Of a stretch of DNA of 64,000 bases, positions 1 through 12,817 are shown in pieces (within the stretch, counting starts at the first letter, position 1; the number at the start of each line of letters is the position of its first letter). This DNA comes from Octopus sinensis (Eukaryota): positions 5,704,001 to 5,768,000 of the forward strand of contig NC_043024.1 of NCBI RefSeq assembly GCF_006345805.1, read 5' to 3'. Under the pieces are notes generated by a model that had not been told where the DNA came from, did not search any database, and saw only the letters and a list, made by a program, of their open reading frames with translations. The position numbers and the translations under genes were made by a program.

Positions 1-1958
1 TTCAAACAGAACTGTGCACATACGGGTTGAAATGTTCCTCGCTCTGGGTAAGAAAACACAGGAGGATCAGTTAATTTATGCAATTAACTTCCCCTTTCAG
101 ATTCACACACTTATTGTAGCAGTCCTTCAATTTTTCTAAGCCCTGTCAAAGCTGGGAGGTTGGGCCTTGAACTAGGCCTTTTGCAACACCCTTAAAGACA
201 GGAACTATACAGCAGTCCACGTGCATCATCATCTTTAAGCGTCCACTTTCCATGCTGGCATGGATTGGACGGTTTGACAGAGGACTGGCAAACCAGAAGG
301 CTGCACCAGGCTCCAATCTGTTCTGGCAAGGTTCCTACAACTGGATGTCCTTCACAACACCAACCACTCTGAGAGTATAGTGAGCGCCTTTTATGCACCA
401 CCAGCACCAGTCAGGGGGGACCGGCAACAACCACACTTGAATGGTGCTTTTTATGTGCCACCAGCACAGGAGCCAGCCAGGCAGCATTGGCACCGGCAAA
501 AACGATTCCACTTTGAAGAGAGTTAGATTTATGTAATAAATTTTGTTTCAATGTATATTTGTTAAAAGGACCTTTCATATAAATCCAGCAATCAAACCGC
601 ACAATTTTTGTCTAATTAAAAACAACATATTCTTCTATATGATCCACTGAAAATAATAAACACACTCAAGATTTCAAATCACAACCAGTATTTCTTAATA
701 GCACAGTAACTCAAGTCTTGGATACCTACCACTGGAAATCCAAGTTGAAAGGGAGGAGACTGAATCAACTTCATCTCATCTCACACCCTACCATCTTGAC
801 AAAAGAATATTCAATGGTAACGCCTTACTAAATAAACAGAGCTGTTCCCTGACTCTAGGTCTTCCACCTCCCCGGCTAAGAATAACTTCATTTTACACCC
901 TTCTATCTTGACCCTTTCCAAACGAAACAGCTTATACTGGCCTTGATCATAGGATGCAAACTTTATATTTGAAACTGTATGCAAATAGATCTTCCTAACA
1001 CCAAATGCTATCTTATTAAGTTCTTTGTTGTTTTCAGAGTTCATTTAAACAGAAATTTGTTAAAGAAAGGGTTGTAAAAGAATATCCAATGAAGTAGTCC
1101 TAGATCCTAAGTATTTTCCCTCTTCAATTCAGAATATACCCCAGTGTCACTGAGACAGATTGTCAACAAAGTAATTCTAGGAAAACTATGCGTCTGACTC
1201 AAGACACACAAGACTGCTAATGGCTTGAACATAAAAGACAGAAAATTTTGGTCAAATACATTTCTGGAATTCTGTCAGTGATAACTTACACTTTCTTTAT
1301 ACAGCCTGATGGTCTAGTAGCCAACTCCTTGCCCACCAAAGGGCCCTGACGGGTTTCTGCAATTGACTGTCCGTTAACCGATAAGCATATAAGAAGCAAC
1401 TTTTTGACCTCACTAGTGGTATTGGTTAAAAAAAAAAAGTACACAGGCTGGCATTCAGCCACAGAAATCATCATGATGCAAATTTCAATTTACTGAGACA
1501 TCCATATAGGTGTGGCTGTTTAGTTAAACTTCATTCACAATCATGTTTTGGGATAAGCTTTGCTCAACCCAGGGCTATAGCACTGTACTATACAGTAGGA
1601 CAGAACCCAAAACCATATAGCCTGGAAGAACTTAACCAGAAAGCATGTGTATAGAAATTCAAACAGAACCATGCACACATGGGCTGAAATGTTCCTGTCT
1701 TTGGACAAGAAAACACAGGAGGATCAGTTAAGATTTTACTCAATTTATGTCCTCTCACAGATTCACACAACCAATGCAGCAGTCTTTCGATTTTTGTAGA
1801 AGCTGGAAGTTTGGGCCTCCAACTTCCATGATATCCTTAAAGCCAGTAAGTTTCCAGTACCCCACTTTAATGAAACAAGATTGTTCTTCAATTGTAGGTC
1901 TTTCCCCCCCTGTCCCTTCCTCAGTGAAAAATAACAAAACAAGGGTGTCAGGACTCAC

Positions 1959-2139
1959 CCATGAAACCAGCTGGGTACGTGGGATCTGTTCTGACTTGTC
2001 CATCAACTCTTATCAATCTCTGCTTCACAATCTTCTTCACTTCATCAGAGGTGAGTGCATACTTCAGACGATTTCTGAGGAAAATTATCAATGGTAGACA
2101 CTCCCTCACCTTGTGGGGTCCTGTGCTGGGTCGGGGTGC
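1959..2139 (-). CDS. RPS4: 40S ribosomal protein S4, coding exon 3 (gene continues beyond window start)
   Basis: tttcag|...G|gtgagt; 181 nt encoding [60 protein letters not shown], clearly eS4. Exon 4 was not found in 1-1958. Confidence 0.97.
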
Positions 2140-3258
2140 CTGAAAGAAGGAAAGAAAGAAAAAAGGTAATCGTAAAAATACCAGCAACTCATAACCAGAA
2201 TAAAACAGGTTAAGTCCTAAACTCCCAAAATGAATTCTAAGTTTCTTAAGCACACACCACACTCATGAAGTGGTTGGCATTAGGAAGGGCAGCCAATTGT
2301 AGAAACCATGCCAAATCAGATTGAAACATGGTGCAGCTCACCAGCATACCAGTTTTCAATCAAACTGTCCAACGCATGCCAGCAGATGTTAAAGATGATA
2401 CTTCCCAACACCCTGTATCTACCCCCTACCAAGTCCCAATAATCCAGTAAATCCCCTCAAGTCAATGTTTTCTAAACACCCATTGCACAAAATAATTGAA
2501 AGGACTTCTTGCTCTCTTGCCATTAATTAAAGACAAAACAAATTAAATTCAAACTAGCCACATCCAGCACAAATATTCTACCTTATATCATAACATTGGT
2601 CAGTCCTGGACCTTCACCTACCCCAGAGTTATTTTCAAAAATTTATAAAATCACAAAATTTCCAAGTGATTAATTCCAAAACACTCCAAAATAAATAATA
2701 CATTTGACAAAATAATCTGAATGTCAAAAGGATAACATTATTAAATTCAAAGCACCAACCTAATTTTACAAAATCTCCTAATTCGTGATTCATCAGAATC
2801 ATTTTACCATCTACTTTCCCATGTAAGCATAGATTGGATGGTGTTTAATGAGGTAGACACCCTTTTGTTGCCAACCCTCACGTTTCTAAACAAGGAAATA
2901 CTTCCCCATGGCCAGACACTTTTGCAAAACTTCAGAAATGAATCATATTCATTTACAACAATCACATGACGTCTAGACAAGGAGACCAAAAATGTACATT
3001 CTTCACTTATTTTCCTACTACCAAATTCACTCGCCCAAAATGTCACAAGTGCTTCAACTCAAAACTATGATTGAGAAGGATCCTTCTTAACCACACAGCC
3101 ATGTAAAAAGCACCCAGTAAACTCTTAAATGTTGACGATAATGACAGCCAAGAATCCCAAGACAAGATACATGAAACTAAGCCATGCAAAGACCACATAT
3201 ACAAAACTTTAACAGCTGATTAATCTTTGAAGACTAATCAAATGCTAATGGTATATAA

Positions 3259-3472
3259 TTAACCCTTTAGCATCCAGATTCCTGTGAAATGTAATGCTTA
3301 TTTATTCATACAGCTTTGAATTAACCATGCATTATATATGGTAGCACTGAGATTTCAATGATGTGATTGTTTTTAGAATGACATTTTAGGATAGGTGAGA
3401 GAGGCTAGATCTGGCCAATTTGAACATTGTGTAGATGGAATATTTCGGCCGATTTAAATGCTAAAGGGTCAA
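3259..3472. mobile_element. piggyBac-like TTAA MITE
   Basis: TTAA-CCCTTTAGCAT ... ATGCTAAAGGG-TCAA; relatives at ~21950-22156, 51480-51682 and 51685-51887. Confidence 0.7.
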
Positions 3473-4200
3473 CTCAATCCTTTATTCTAATTTGCAAATC
3501 TTAAAATGCCTAGCTTTAATTGAAAAAATAAAAAGATAATTCGTTAGTGGTCATTCAGATACGTGGAGCAATAAGCTTTGCAAGCACAATTTCAACTAAT
3601 TCATCAAAACTGTTTTTTGTTACACTTATTCAAACCCCAAAGAATCCCTCTTAACAATTGGCTATGATGGGTCCCCACTTCTGCTGCTCATCAGAGACGC
3701 ACATATTTTCAGCCACTAAGAAGCAAATCTGTGCTACTGAGCAGAATATTTGCTATAACGATATTTCTGCTTCTGTGTGAAATGTATTGGAAAATAGGTC
3801 AGTTTCAAAACACCGATGCCCAGGTCAGAAAAGCAAAGTTTAAAGGGGATGGTAGTGATTTCCTTAAGTCAATGTATCCATGAGACTATAAACTTAGTCT
3901 TCAGAATGAAGTAACAAACACACCCATCTCCCAACTTGTACAAAGATCTGCATCTAAAATTAAACATACATCACCATCAGTTTAACGTCTATATTTCAAG
4001 ATTGTCACGGGTCAGACTGCTTCTCACACGTTTTCAAGCAAAGTGATGTTTTCTCATAGTCCAGACATCTTTTCAAATGAAACTGCATGTCTGACCAACA
4101 CTTGCAAAAACCCTCACACATTGAACTTATAATAATACCATGTGGTTGCAAAGTGGATTTCTTAATTTTCGAAAATAAACAAAATGGCAAAACAACTTAC

Positions 4201-4281
4201 AAAAACACCGCCGAGCTTTGCCAGCATCCAATGCTTAGGAGCGGCTAAACGCTTAATATGCTTCCTTCGACCTCTGTAACC
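4201..4281 (-). CDS. RPS4: 40S ribosomal protein S4, coding exon 2
   Basis: tattacag|...|gtaagt; 81 nt encoding [27 protein letters not shown], matching the eS4 N-terminus ([21 protein letters not shown]). Confidence 0.95.
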
Positions 4282-7186
4282 CTGTAATATAAAATGAGAT
4301 TTGCATTAATAAAGGGCAACGAAAAAAAACAAAAAAACACAAATGCAAGTTTATATAATTAAGATAAATTTGTCCAAGTTAATACAACAGCTTCAAATGG
4401 GACAGCAACCCCAATGCTTTATCATGTAAACCTGGTAATTATTCCTTCCAGGGCTACGATAGAAAGGGGTCTTGGCAAGACTCTTCAAAAGTAAAGAACT
4501 AGGGTAAGCCACTTAGTTATGGGGGGGACACACCAACACTGGCTATCAAGCAGTGGTGGAGGGACAGACAGACACACACATATATATACACAGGCTTCTA
4601 TCAGTTTCCATCAACCAAATCCACTCATATGGTTTTGGTCAGTTCCAGGTTATAGTTCAACGAAGACAAAGATCTAGTGAGATCATGGACTGGATGCAGG
4701 ACACTACAACACAGTGCATGGAGAGGAGGATTAACTGAGTCTGCCATAAACCACAATCAATCAACCCAGTTCACTGATCAAAAACCATTCCTTGCTGCCA
4801 CCACAGTTGGTTTTATGTTTAGTCACAGTGTATACAGGGCTACCTTTGTCCACTATCTCCTTCCACTTTTCAAAACAGCAGAATGATTTCTAGTACAAGT
4901 CTCCACACCCAATGACTAAGAACAGTGACCACATTAGAATGGACTTCACCCAATAGCACACGACTGTAACTAGACTTTGATACATTCTCTTTGACAAAGT
5001 AATTATTACTCCTGTATAAAGTACAAAGCCAGGGCAAAAATTAATACCTTGCCTCTACTCCCAGATATTCTTCACATTTACTATATACTCTACTCTTAAT
5101 CTGCTGCTGTGTCAACAGAAATCTGTTAATCCACCAGCACCTAACACTTGAACTAATGAACACACTGTACACTTTCTGTTGCAGAAAAGCTCCATTTCTG
5201 GTTCTGTACCCTGTGAGTCAACCATAAATTTCATACAGACCAAGAAAGTATTCTCTTTTGGCCATACTTTAGAAAATTATCTAGGACAAGATAAATCCAA
5301 ATATGTTCCCTAGATAATTACGATGGGAACACAATAAGTCGGGGGATCAAACAGAGGTCCATGGAAATACGATCCACTCGACGTTTATTTTCCAAGCCAG
5401 CATGGGTTAGACGAGTTGCCACACCATGTTGGCGGCCCTTCCGAAAAAAAATCAATCACTTTACCGTGTGATTACTAAAACGGCCAGCTACTCATCACAA
5501 AAAAAAAACCATACGAAATTTAAATAACTTTTACAATAATCAACATAGTGACAGCTGGAATATTTTTGATCGTGCAAAAATAACCCTCGACTGAAGCCAC
5601 ACAACCCCGATCTAACAGCATGAACCCCCCCCCCCAAAAAAAAACCGATGGGATTGTCATAATCGAAGAACCTTTGATCATAAGGTTGGCCTGGGGCTAA
5701 AAAATAACATCCCTGCCGCAACACAGCTGTTCAGCCAGCTAGAAATAGCAACGATATTTAAGTAAATCAATTTGCTTTTATTTACAAACACAGGGTATAG
5801 TGTTTGCAACTCCAACCCAATTTACGTTGGTGTCGTGAATTTTTTTTCCCACAACTCTCGGACAATTCTACATTTGTGCGGATTACAAGTTCCGGGTGAT
5901 TCGGAAAATCGATGATGTACATGGAAACACACACAAAAATATATATAGAGAGAGGCGTTAATCTACCCATAATAATATATTCCGGAAACTTTCAGAAACT
6001 TTTTGCGAATCTAATACAAATACGGTTTTTTTTTTTTTATAAGCTCGGCACTTATATTATCGGTCACCTCCTGCTAGTGAGAAGGGAGCGTAAACAAACC
6101 AACACCGAGGAGCATCAATCAAACGAAAATCCTCGAAGTGCTTAGCCATACAAAACGACTCCCAATACTTATTTCAAATTTGGTACCGGTCCATTTTTTT
6201 TTTTTTTTGCCTAAGCGTTAATTTACAGACATAAACAAACCAACACCCGTTATCAAGTGGGATGGGGATGGTAAACACTAATATCCACGTCGAGTACCCA
6301 CATCGTGACGAAAGTAAGGAATGGGTACACCCGGCGTTTAGGGGTTTTTAGAGTTACGCCGAAAACGGGTGGTGTACGTATTCTTTACCTCTGTCCCACA
6401 TTGCTTCCGTGGAAGGTGGTCAAGGCACCACACAGCAGGACCGAACCCAAGACCACGTGGATGGAAATCAAACTTACCACACAACCAGGACAGCGCCCGT
6501 ATGCGCATGCTATGTTTAAGAGGACAATTTAAGAAACAAAAATTTGATTTTACGCAAACAATCGATAATTATTAAGAGAGGATAACACGTGTTGTAAGGA
6601 GATCAGACATTTGCAAATTATCAACTAGAAAAATAAGGGGGAAAAAAAGAATCGTTCGGTATCTCAATTAAACAGATCAATTTTAGAATATATATATTTG
6701 TAGATCCCTTTATTTGGAGCAATATTTGCGATGAATTCGCGCTATTTGTTCCCGAAGCACGTTTCAATTAAAACTGGCAAGAGACGCCATTTTATAAATT
6801 AGGTGTTCTTCAGACACACGCGCTAAACGTTTATCATTAAATTCGATTATAAATAGAACTTTGGGAGCATAATTAATCAGTATGTATTACAACATGATTG
6901 ATTAGTGTTACCTAAAATAAATCAAATATAAAATAAGGATAATAGCGATGCAATTATAAATAAAAGTGTGTAGTATATGCGCACCATTGATCGCCCAGAT
7001 GAGAACACGATCGGAAAGTATATTATATGTTATTCGTTAATAATCAGCATAGATCGATAAGTATAAACATGTAAATAAAGTTTGGGGATAATTGCATGCG
7101 ATAATGTGGAATTTAAAGTATATGATGGTGGCAATAATTAAGATTAATGTGGATTTAGGAAGAGAGAAAAACATCACGATACTCAC

Positions 7187-7189
7187 CAT
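7187..7189 (-). CDS. RPS4: 40S ribosomal protein S4 (eS4), coding exon 1 (ATG only)
   Basis: Minus strand reads CCTTTTTAGCTTGCGCCATCCAAA-ATG|GTGAGT. An ATG followed directly by a donor is the known RPS4 exon-1 layout, and it joins exon 2 in phase 0. Confidence 0.88.
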
Positions 7190-7204
7190 TTTGGATGGCG
7201 CAAG

Positions 7205-7216
7205 CTAAAAAGGATG
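7205..7216 (-). promoter_or_regulatory. TCT initiator / 5'TOP pyrimidine tract of RPS4
   Basis: Minus strand TCCTTTTT about 20-25 nt upstream of the RPS4 ATG, typical of ribosomal protein gene start sites. Confidence 0.75.
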
Positions 7217-8025
7217 ATTTCCTGTCACGACTGCGCAGATGAGCGGTAAGGTTTTAAAGGGAGATAATTACATGTGAGTGATTAGTTTACTGAATGACTT
7301 CCCGTTTTTTTGTGGTAAAGGAATTGTTTGTAGAGCTGAGAGTGATTGTGATTGGTTGATAGATAGAAGGGGAGGTAGAGAGATATATATAGAAATATAT
7401 GGAGGGAAAGAAAGAGAGAAAGAGAAATATAAAGAGAGAAGAAGGTTGAGGGGAAAGAAAGACAGATAGAGAAATATATAGCGAGAGAGAGAAGAAAGAG
7501 AAAGAGGGAAGCAAAAAGAGAGATAGAGAAATATAAAGAGAGAAGAAGAGTGAGGGAAAGAAAGACAGACAGAGACATATATAGGAAGAGAGAGAAGAAA
7601 GAGAAAGAGGAAAAGTAGAGAGAGATAGGAAAATATAAAGGGGGGAAAAGATACAGAAAGTACAGAGATAGAGAGAAAGAATGAGAGGGAAGAGACACCG
7701 TATATGATAAAGAGAGGGAAAGAAAAAGAGGGAGAGACAGATAGCGTAAGAGATGTGAACAAGGATTGTGTTAAATAACAACTCGTCTGATTGGATAATA
7801 TGCAGGAATTTAACCAATCGTAAATCGTGTAGTGTATTGTTCGCTGGCCACCTTTTGCTTGCCTTAGTTGCTGTCCTGGAACAGTATCGAAAGAAGTGGT
7901 CTTCGGAGAAGACTGGAAAGGACCATTAAGGCATTCGTTAATTCACCTGTAATCAATATTTTCAGGCCATAAGGGCGACAACAAAGTAGGAGAGGGTGTC
8001 ACAGCTCTACTCCTTCTTCTTCTTC
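7217..8025. promoter_or_regulatory. Shared divergent promoter / 5' region of RPS4 and MTF1
   Basis: RPS4 start (~7213, minus) and first MTF1 ATG (8026, plus) are ~0.8 kb apart and divergent; CpG is locally more frequent than in the introns. Confidence 0.6.
7360..7762 (+). repeat. Polypurine (GA-rich) degenerate tandem repeat
   Basis: About 400 bp of mostly A/G on the plus strand with recurring GAGAGATAGAGAAATATA..GAGAGAAGAAG..GAGGGAAAGAAAG units. Confidence 0.85.
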
Positions 8026-8723
8026 ATGGAAATTTCTTCCTTTATAACTATGGAAGAGACGAACAGCCCTCGGCCTTGCACAAGCACCGACCCTAATGGA
8101 GAGAACACTGCAATTATTACTGCAACAAACAGCAACCATACTCTCAGTAACAGTAATAACAGCATTACTAACAGTTCGGACAGTGCTGGATGTGGTGGTG
8201 GTGGTAGCTGTGGTTGTGGTGTGTCGGGAGGATATTATCAGAAAAACGAGGAGGACCACCACGACGAAACACAAGAGCAGTCACATTATCACCACCACCA
8301 TCATAACGGAGAAGACGAAGACGGAGATGATGAGGACGATGAAAGGTTACCTTTCATCAGTTACGTCGGTGTGAACCCAGTCGGTTACGACGAAGAAGAT
8401 GAGGAGAACGATATGAGTTCGATGACAGCCGTCTTCATCGAGACGGACATGGACGAGGAAGACTATGGTGCTATGGTAAAGACTGAGAAGGTCGAAGGCG
8501 AACAAGACGAAGAAGGAAACGAAAGAGAGGAGAGAAAACGAGGAGAAGCAGGAGCAGGGTGTGACGATAACAAGGTCGATGAGAGGCAGACTGGCGATGA
8601 AAGCGATGACTGCCGACGACAACAACGACGTCGACGTCTCCCCCCACATCTGTTTGATGTTCGTAAAGGAGACGAAAATATTATACAGACATTTACTGCT
8701 AACCTCGAGACCTCCGTCGGCGG
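8026..8723 (+). CDS. MTF1: Metal regulatory transcription factor 1, coding exon 1 (start ATG 8026 or 8050)
   Basis: Long open frame with acidic, His-rich low-complexity sequence ending GG|gtaagg (phase 2). It joins 30017 to give G-YIHNTIS, homologous to the MTF-1 pre-finger GYVHHIIS motif. The N-terminal part itself is not recognisably conserved. Confidence 0.78.
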
Positions 8724-10105
8724 GTAAGGGATTCCCTTAATTAGTTTCCTAATTAATTATTATATACATATATATATATATTATTGTCATTATTATTGTG
8801 TCTGTTATAGGGTGGGTGTGAGTTTATGGAGGGCAGCATTGTCTGATGTGGTTTGTAGGGCGTGGAGGATATCTTTCCTGTTTACCTGTTTGTTATGAAC
8901 TTGTCATAGGTGTTGACGTGTGAATATCATATAAGATACACACACAAATATATACACACGCTCTCACATAATTTGTGTACGAATCTATACACCCTGTGTG
9001 TGTGTGTTACAGTAGTAGAAACATATTTCAGCTGATAAGAACAATATATGTGTTTATCTCTCTGTATATATGTACCTCTGCAGATGTTTATCTCTGTGAA
9101 TGTATATCTATAGTATGTATACATGTGTGTATGTATGTATATATATATATATATATACATGCATAACTACACGTGTATATTTGTATAGGTGTATGATAGG
9201 GAAATACATAGTCACTCTGACTTCGAAGTTTTCTTGGCATCATCAACTTTGTATTGTACCTGTTTTCAAGCGAATTATAACCATTTTTTGTAATTTATTT
9301 TTAAAAAAAAGTGAGTATGTTTATACAGCTACACATGTGTATATTGATATATATAATGTTCGCTTCTAGTGTGTGTATATATAAATAGACGTATACGGTT
9401 TTTAATGAGGGTGTGCGTGTCATACAATTTATTCGAGCGATAATTGGACTTTAATGTTCATATCCTGTTTTCATATATTCACTCTCGCCACCAATTTTCG
9501 GAAAAGGCATGACCACCACGTCGTCTCCTCATCCTCTCTTCTAATAATTATAAATTCTAAGAACGTGCTTCATGTCGAAGAACTCGTTACCATTCTACCA
9601 ATTCCGGGAACTACGTAACGCCCACACCCTTCCCTTTTCATATTACTCAGACTTCCTCTTATCGTTCTAAAAGCAATACGGTTTCTTGCGACTCAGTTTC
9701 GTTTCCCATACTTGGAAATTTATCACTTATGTTATCAGTATCCTTGGAGAAAACCTGACTGTTACAACAGAGACCACGTATGACCCTGTCTCGGTTTACT
9801 AGATGTAGCAGCTTAAATCCTTTTCAGATTACGTCCAACCCTTCCACCTTAAAAAAAAGGGGGTGAGTCACAAAAATAAATGAAGTGGTCATGGCTAGAA
9901 TACCTTTACACTATATGTCTCCTTAATTAGAGCTGACCTGGGACTCGTCTGTAACAACATGTTTGTTTCAACACGCCAGCAAGAGACAATTACAGCCATA
10001 TCTTAGTCAAATTTCACGATACCTTTTTAAAATAGGAAGGACAGGTGATTGGGTTGGTGTTTAGTGTAGGTCCTACATACCATACTTCCTCTTTGTGTAT
10101 ATGTG

Positions 10106-10138
<33 letters not shown>

Positions 10139-10645
10139 AAGCGAAATGTCTTTAATCATAGGTTTCCTAGATCAAGGGTTGAATTGAATTAAACAACGTG
10201 CTTGTCTCAACTTGCACTTTTTCTTTTGTTTTTTCCTTCTTCTATGACGGATGTGGACATTCAGTCTCCATCGGATGAAATTTGTTTTTTTGAAAAGCAT
10301 AAATGTTTTTTTATTATTGTTTTGGCTTCGCGAGTGCAATTTTGCAGTCCGGTGTCTCGGTCGCCTTCCTTAGTTCAAATTCCGCTGAAGTCGAATGCGA
10401 TAGTAATTTCTAGTAGATTCTAGGAAGCTTTTAATTATACACACACACTATATACATACATACATGTATGTGTGTATATATATATATATAAATACACACA
10501 CACGTCTACATATATGCATAATAAATTAATAAATAAAACATATACATATATACATGCATATATGTACGTACCTGCCTACATACAAACAAACTGGTGGTCA
10601 CACCCCGTCCATTCACAAAAACCATGTGTGTGTGTATCTTGTATT

Positions 10646-10994
10646 TTTGTTTTACTTGTTTCAGTCATTTGACTGCGGCCAAGTCGACCCCAGGACTTAT
10701 TCTTTGTGAGCCTAGTACTTATTCTATATGTCTCTTTTACTGACCCGCAAAGTTACGAGGACGTAAACACACCGACATCGGTTGTCAAGTGATGGTGGGG
10801 GTACAAACACAGAGAGGCAAATAAACACACACAGACATATATACGACGGGCTTCTTTCAGTTTCCGTCTACTAAATCCACTCACGAGGCTTTGGTCGGCC
10901 CGAAGTTATAGTAGAAGACACTTGCTCAAGGTGCCACACAGTGGGACTGAACTCAGAACTATGTGGTTGAGAAGCAAACTTCTTACCACACAGT
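10646..10994 (-). mobile_element. tRNA-derived SINE, family 1 (most abundant family in the window)
   Basis: Reverse complement of the GGCTGTGTGGTAAG..GGTTCAGTCCC..CAGTCAAATGACTGAAACAAGTAAAA consensus; followed by plus-strand copies at ~11012-11320, 11724-12060 and 12082-12420. Confidence 0.85.
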
Positions 10995-12448
10995 CATGAT
11001 GATAATATATAGCCTTTGGTCGACCAAAGCCTTGTGAGTGGATTTGGTAGACGGAAACTGTAAGGAACCCTTCGCATATATATATATATTGATGTGTGTG
11101 TCTTTGTATCTGTGTTTGTCTCCCACCATCGCCTGACAACCAATGTTGGTGTGTTTAGATCCCTGTAACTTAGCGATTTGACAAAAGTGACTGATAGAAT
11201 AATTACTAGACTTACAAATAAGTAAGTTCTGGGATCATTTCATTTATATTTTACTAAAACCCCTTTTAAGGTGGTGCTCCAGCATAGCCACAGTCAAATA
11301 ACTGAAACAAGAAAAAAATGAATATATATGGTTTATTATTGAAGCTTACGTTGATTTCTCTGTGGTGTTATGTTGCATTTATAATAAAATAAATATATAC
11401 AAATTGTAAAAATAATAATAAAAAATACAGTACAGTACTGTTTTTACTTCAGATGTTCACCTATCGTGGAGGGCTTTGGAATGTAATGCCCGCGATAGTC
11501 GAGGGATCGCTGTTTATAGGTTTAGTGAGGCAAACAGGGAAAATAAAACTCAAGTGTTTGTGTATACACATACACACACATGGTAATGAACAAAACCGGT
11601 TAGGTACTCAATCCCATACTAGTTACCTTGGCTGACTCTGTTGTCTTGTTACCCTGGAGACTTCCTGGACATCCTGGTTATCAAACTAACTACTTGTGTG
11701 TGTGTGTGTGTATATATATATATAGGTAAGAAGCTTACATCCCAACTACATGGTTCTGGGTTCAGTTCCACTGCGTGGTACCTTGGACAAGTGTCTTCTA
11801 CTGTAGCCTTGGGCCGACCAAAGCCTTGTGAGTGGATTTGGTAGATGGAAACTGAAAGAAGCCCGTCATGTGTGTGTGTTTGTTATTTGTGTCTGTGTTT
11901 GTCCTCCCCCCCCACCATTGCTTGATAACCAATATTGGTGTATTTTACATCCCAGTCACTTAGTGGTTCGGCAAAAGAGACTGGTAAGTCCTGGGGTTAA
12001 TTTGTTTGACTAAAGGTGATGCTCCAGCATGGCCATAGATGATTGAAAAAAGTAAAAGAATATATATATACACACACACATCTGTATGGTAAGAAGCTTG
12101 CTTCAAAATTGCATGGTTCCTGGATCAATCCCACTGCATGGCACCTCCGGTGAGTGTCTTCTACTGTAGTCTTGGGCCAGCCAAAGCCTTATGAGTAGAT
12201 TTGGGTAGACAGAAACTAAAAGAAACCTGTCGTGTGTTTGTCTCCCACCACTACTTCCCAACTGGTGTTGGTGTGTTTACATCAACTTGACAGTTCAGCA
12301 AAAAGATACTGATAAAATAAGCACCGGGCTTTTAAAAGCTAGTACTGCAGTTGATTTAACTAAAAATAAATAAATAAATTCAAGGTAGTGCCACAGTCTA
12401 ATGACTAAAATGAGTAAATGAGAATTTAGCAATTTCAACAGTGGCTTT

Positions 12449-12817
12449 GGAGTGGCTGTGTGGTAAGTAGCTTGCTTACCAACCACATGGTTCTGGGTTC
12501 AGTCCCACTGCGTGGCACCTTGGGCAAGTGTCTTCTATTAAAGTCTCGAGCCAACCAAAGCCTTGTGAGTGGATTTGGTAGAGGGAAACTGAAAGAAGCC
12601 CGTTGTATGTATGTGTGTGTTCGGACCCCCCAGCATCGCTTGACAACTGATGGTGGTGTGTTTACATCCCCATAACTTAGCAGTTTGGCAAAAGAGACTG
12701 ATAGAATAAGTACTAGGCTTACAAAGAATAAGTCCTGGGGTCGATTTTCTTGACTAAAGGCGGTGCTCCAGCATGACCACAGTCAAATGACTGAAACAAG
12801 TAAAAGAGTAAAGAGAG
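12449..12817 (+). mobile_element. tRNA-derived SINE, family 1
   Basis: A box TGGCTGTGTGG, B box GGTTCAGTCCC, internal (TG)n, AAGTAAAAGAG tail. Confidence 0.9.

Noticed and set aside
1440-5500. Possible C/D snoRNAs in RPS4 introns (TGATGA on minus near 1470, 3603 and 5495)
   Set aside because: No correctly spaced D box with terminal stem or recognisable rRNA guide; a snoscan or Infernal run would be needed.
6978-6984. MRE core TGCGCAC about 1 kb upstream of the MTF1 ATG (autoregulation?)
   Set aside because: A single degenerate 7-mer is expected by chance; I saw no MRE cluster.
7268-7817. Hydrophobic minus-strand ORFs resembling membrane proteins
   Set aside because: Translation of the polypyrimidine strand of the GA repeat.
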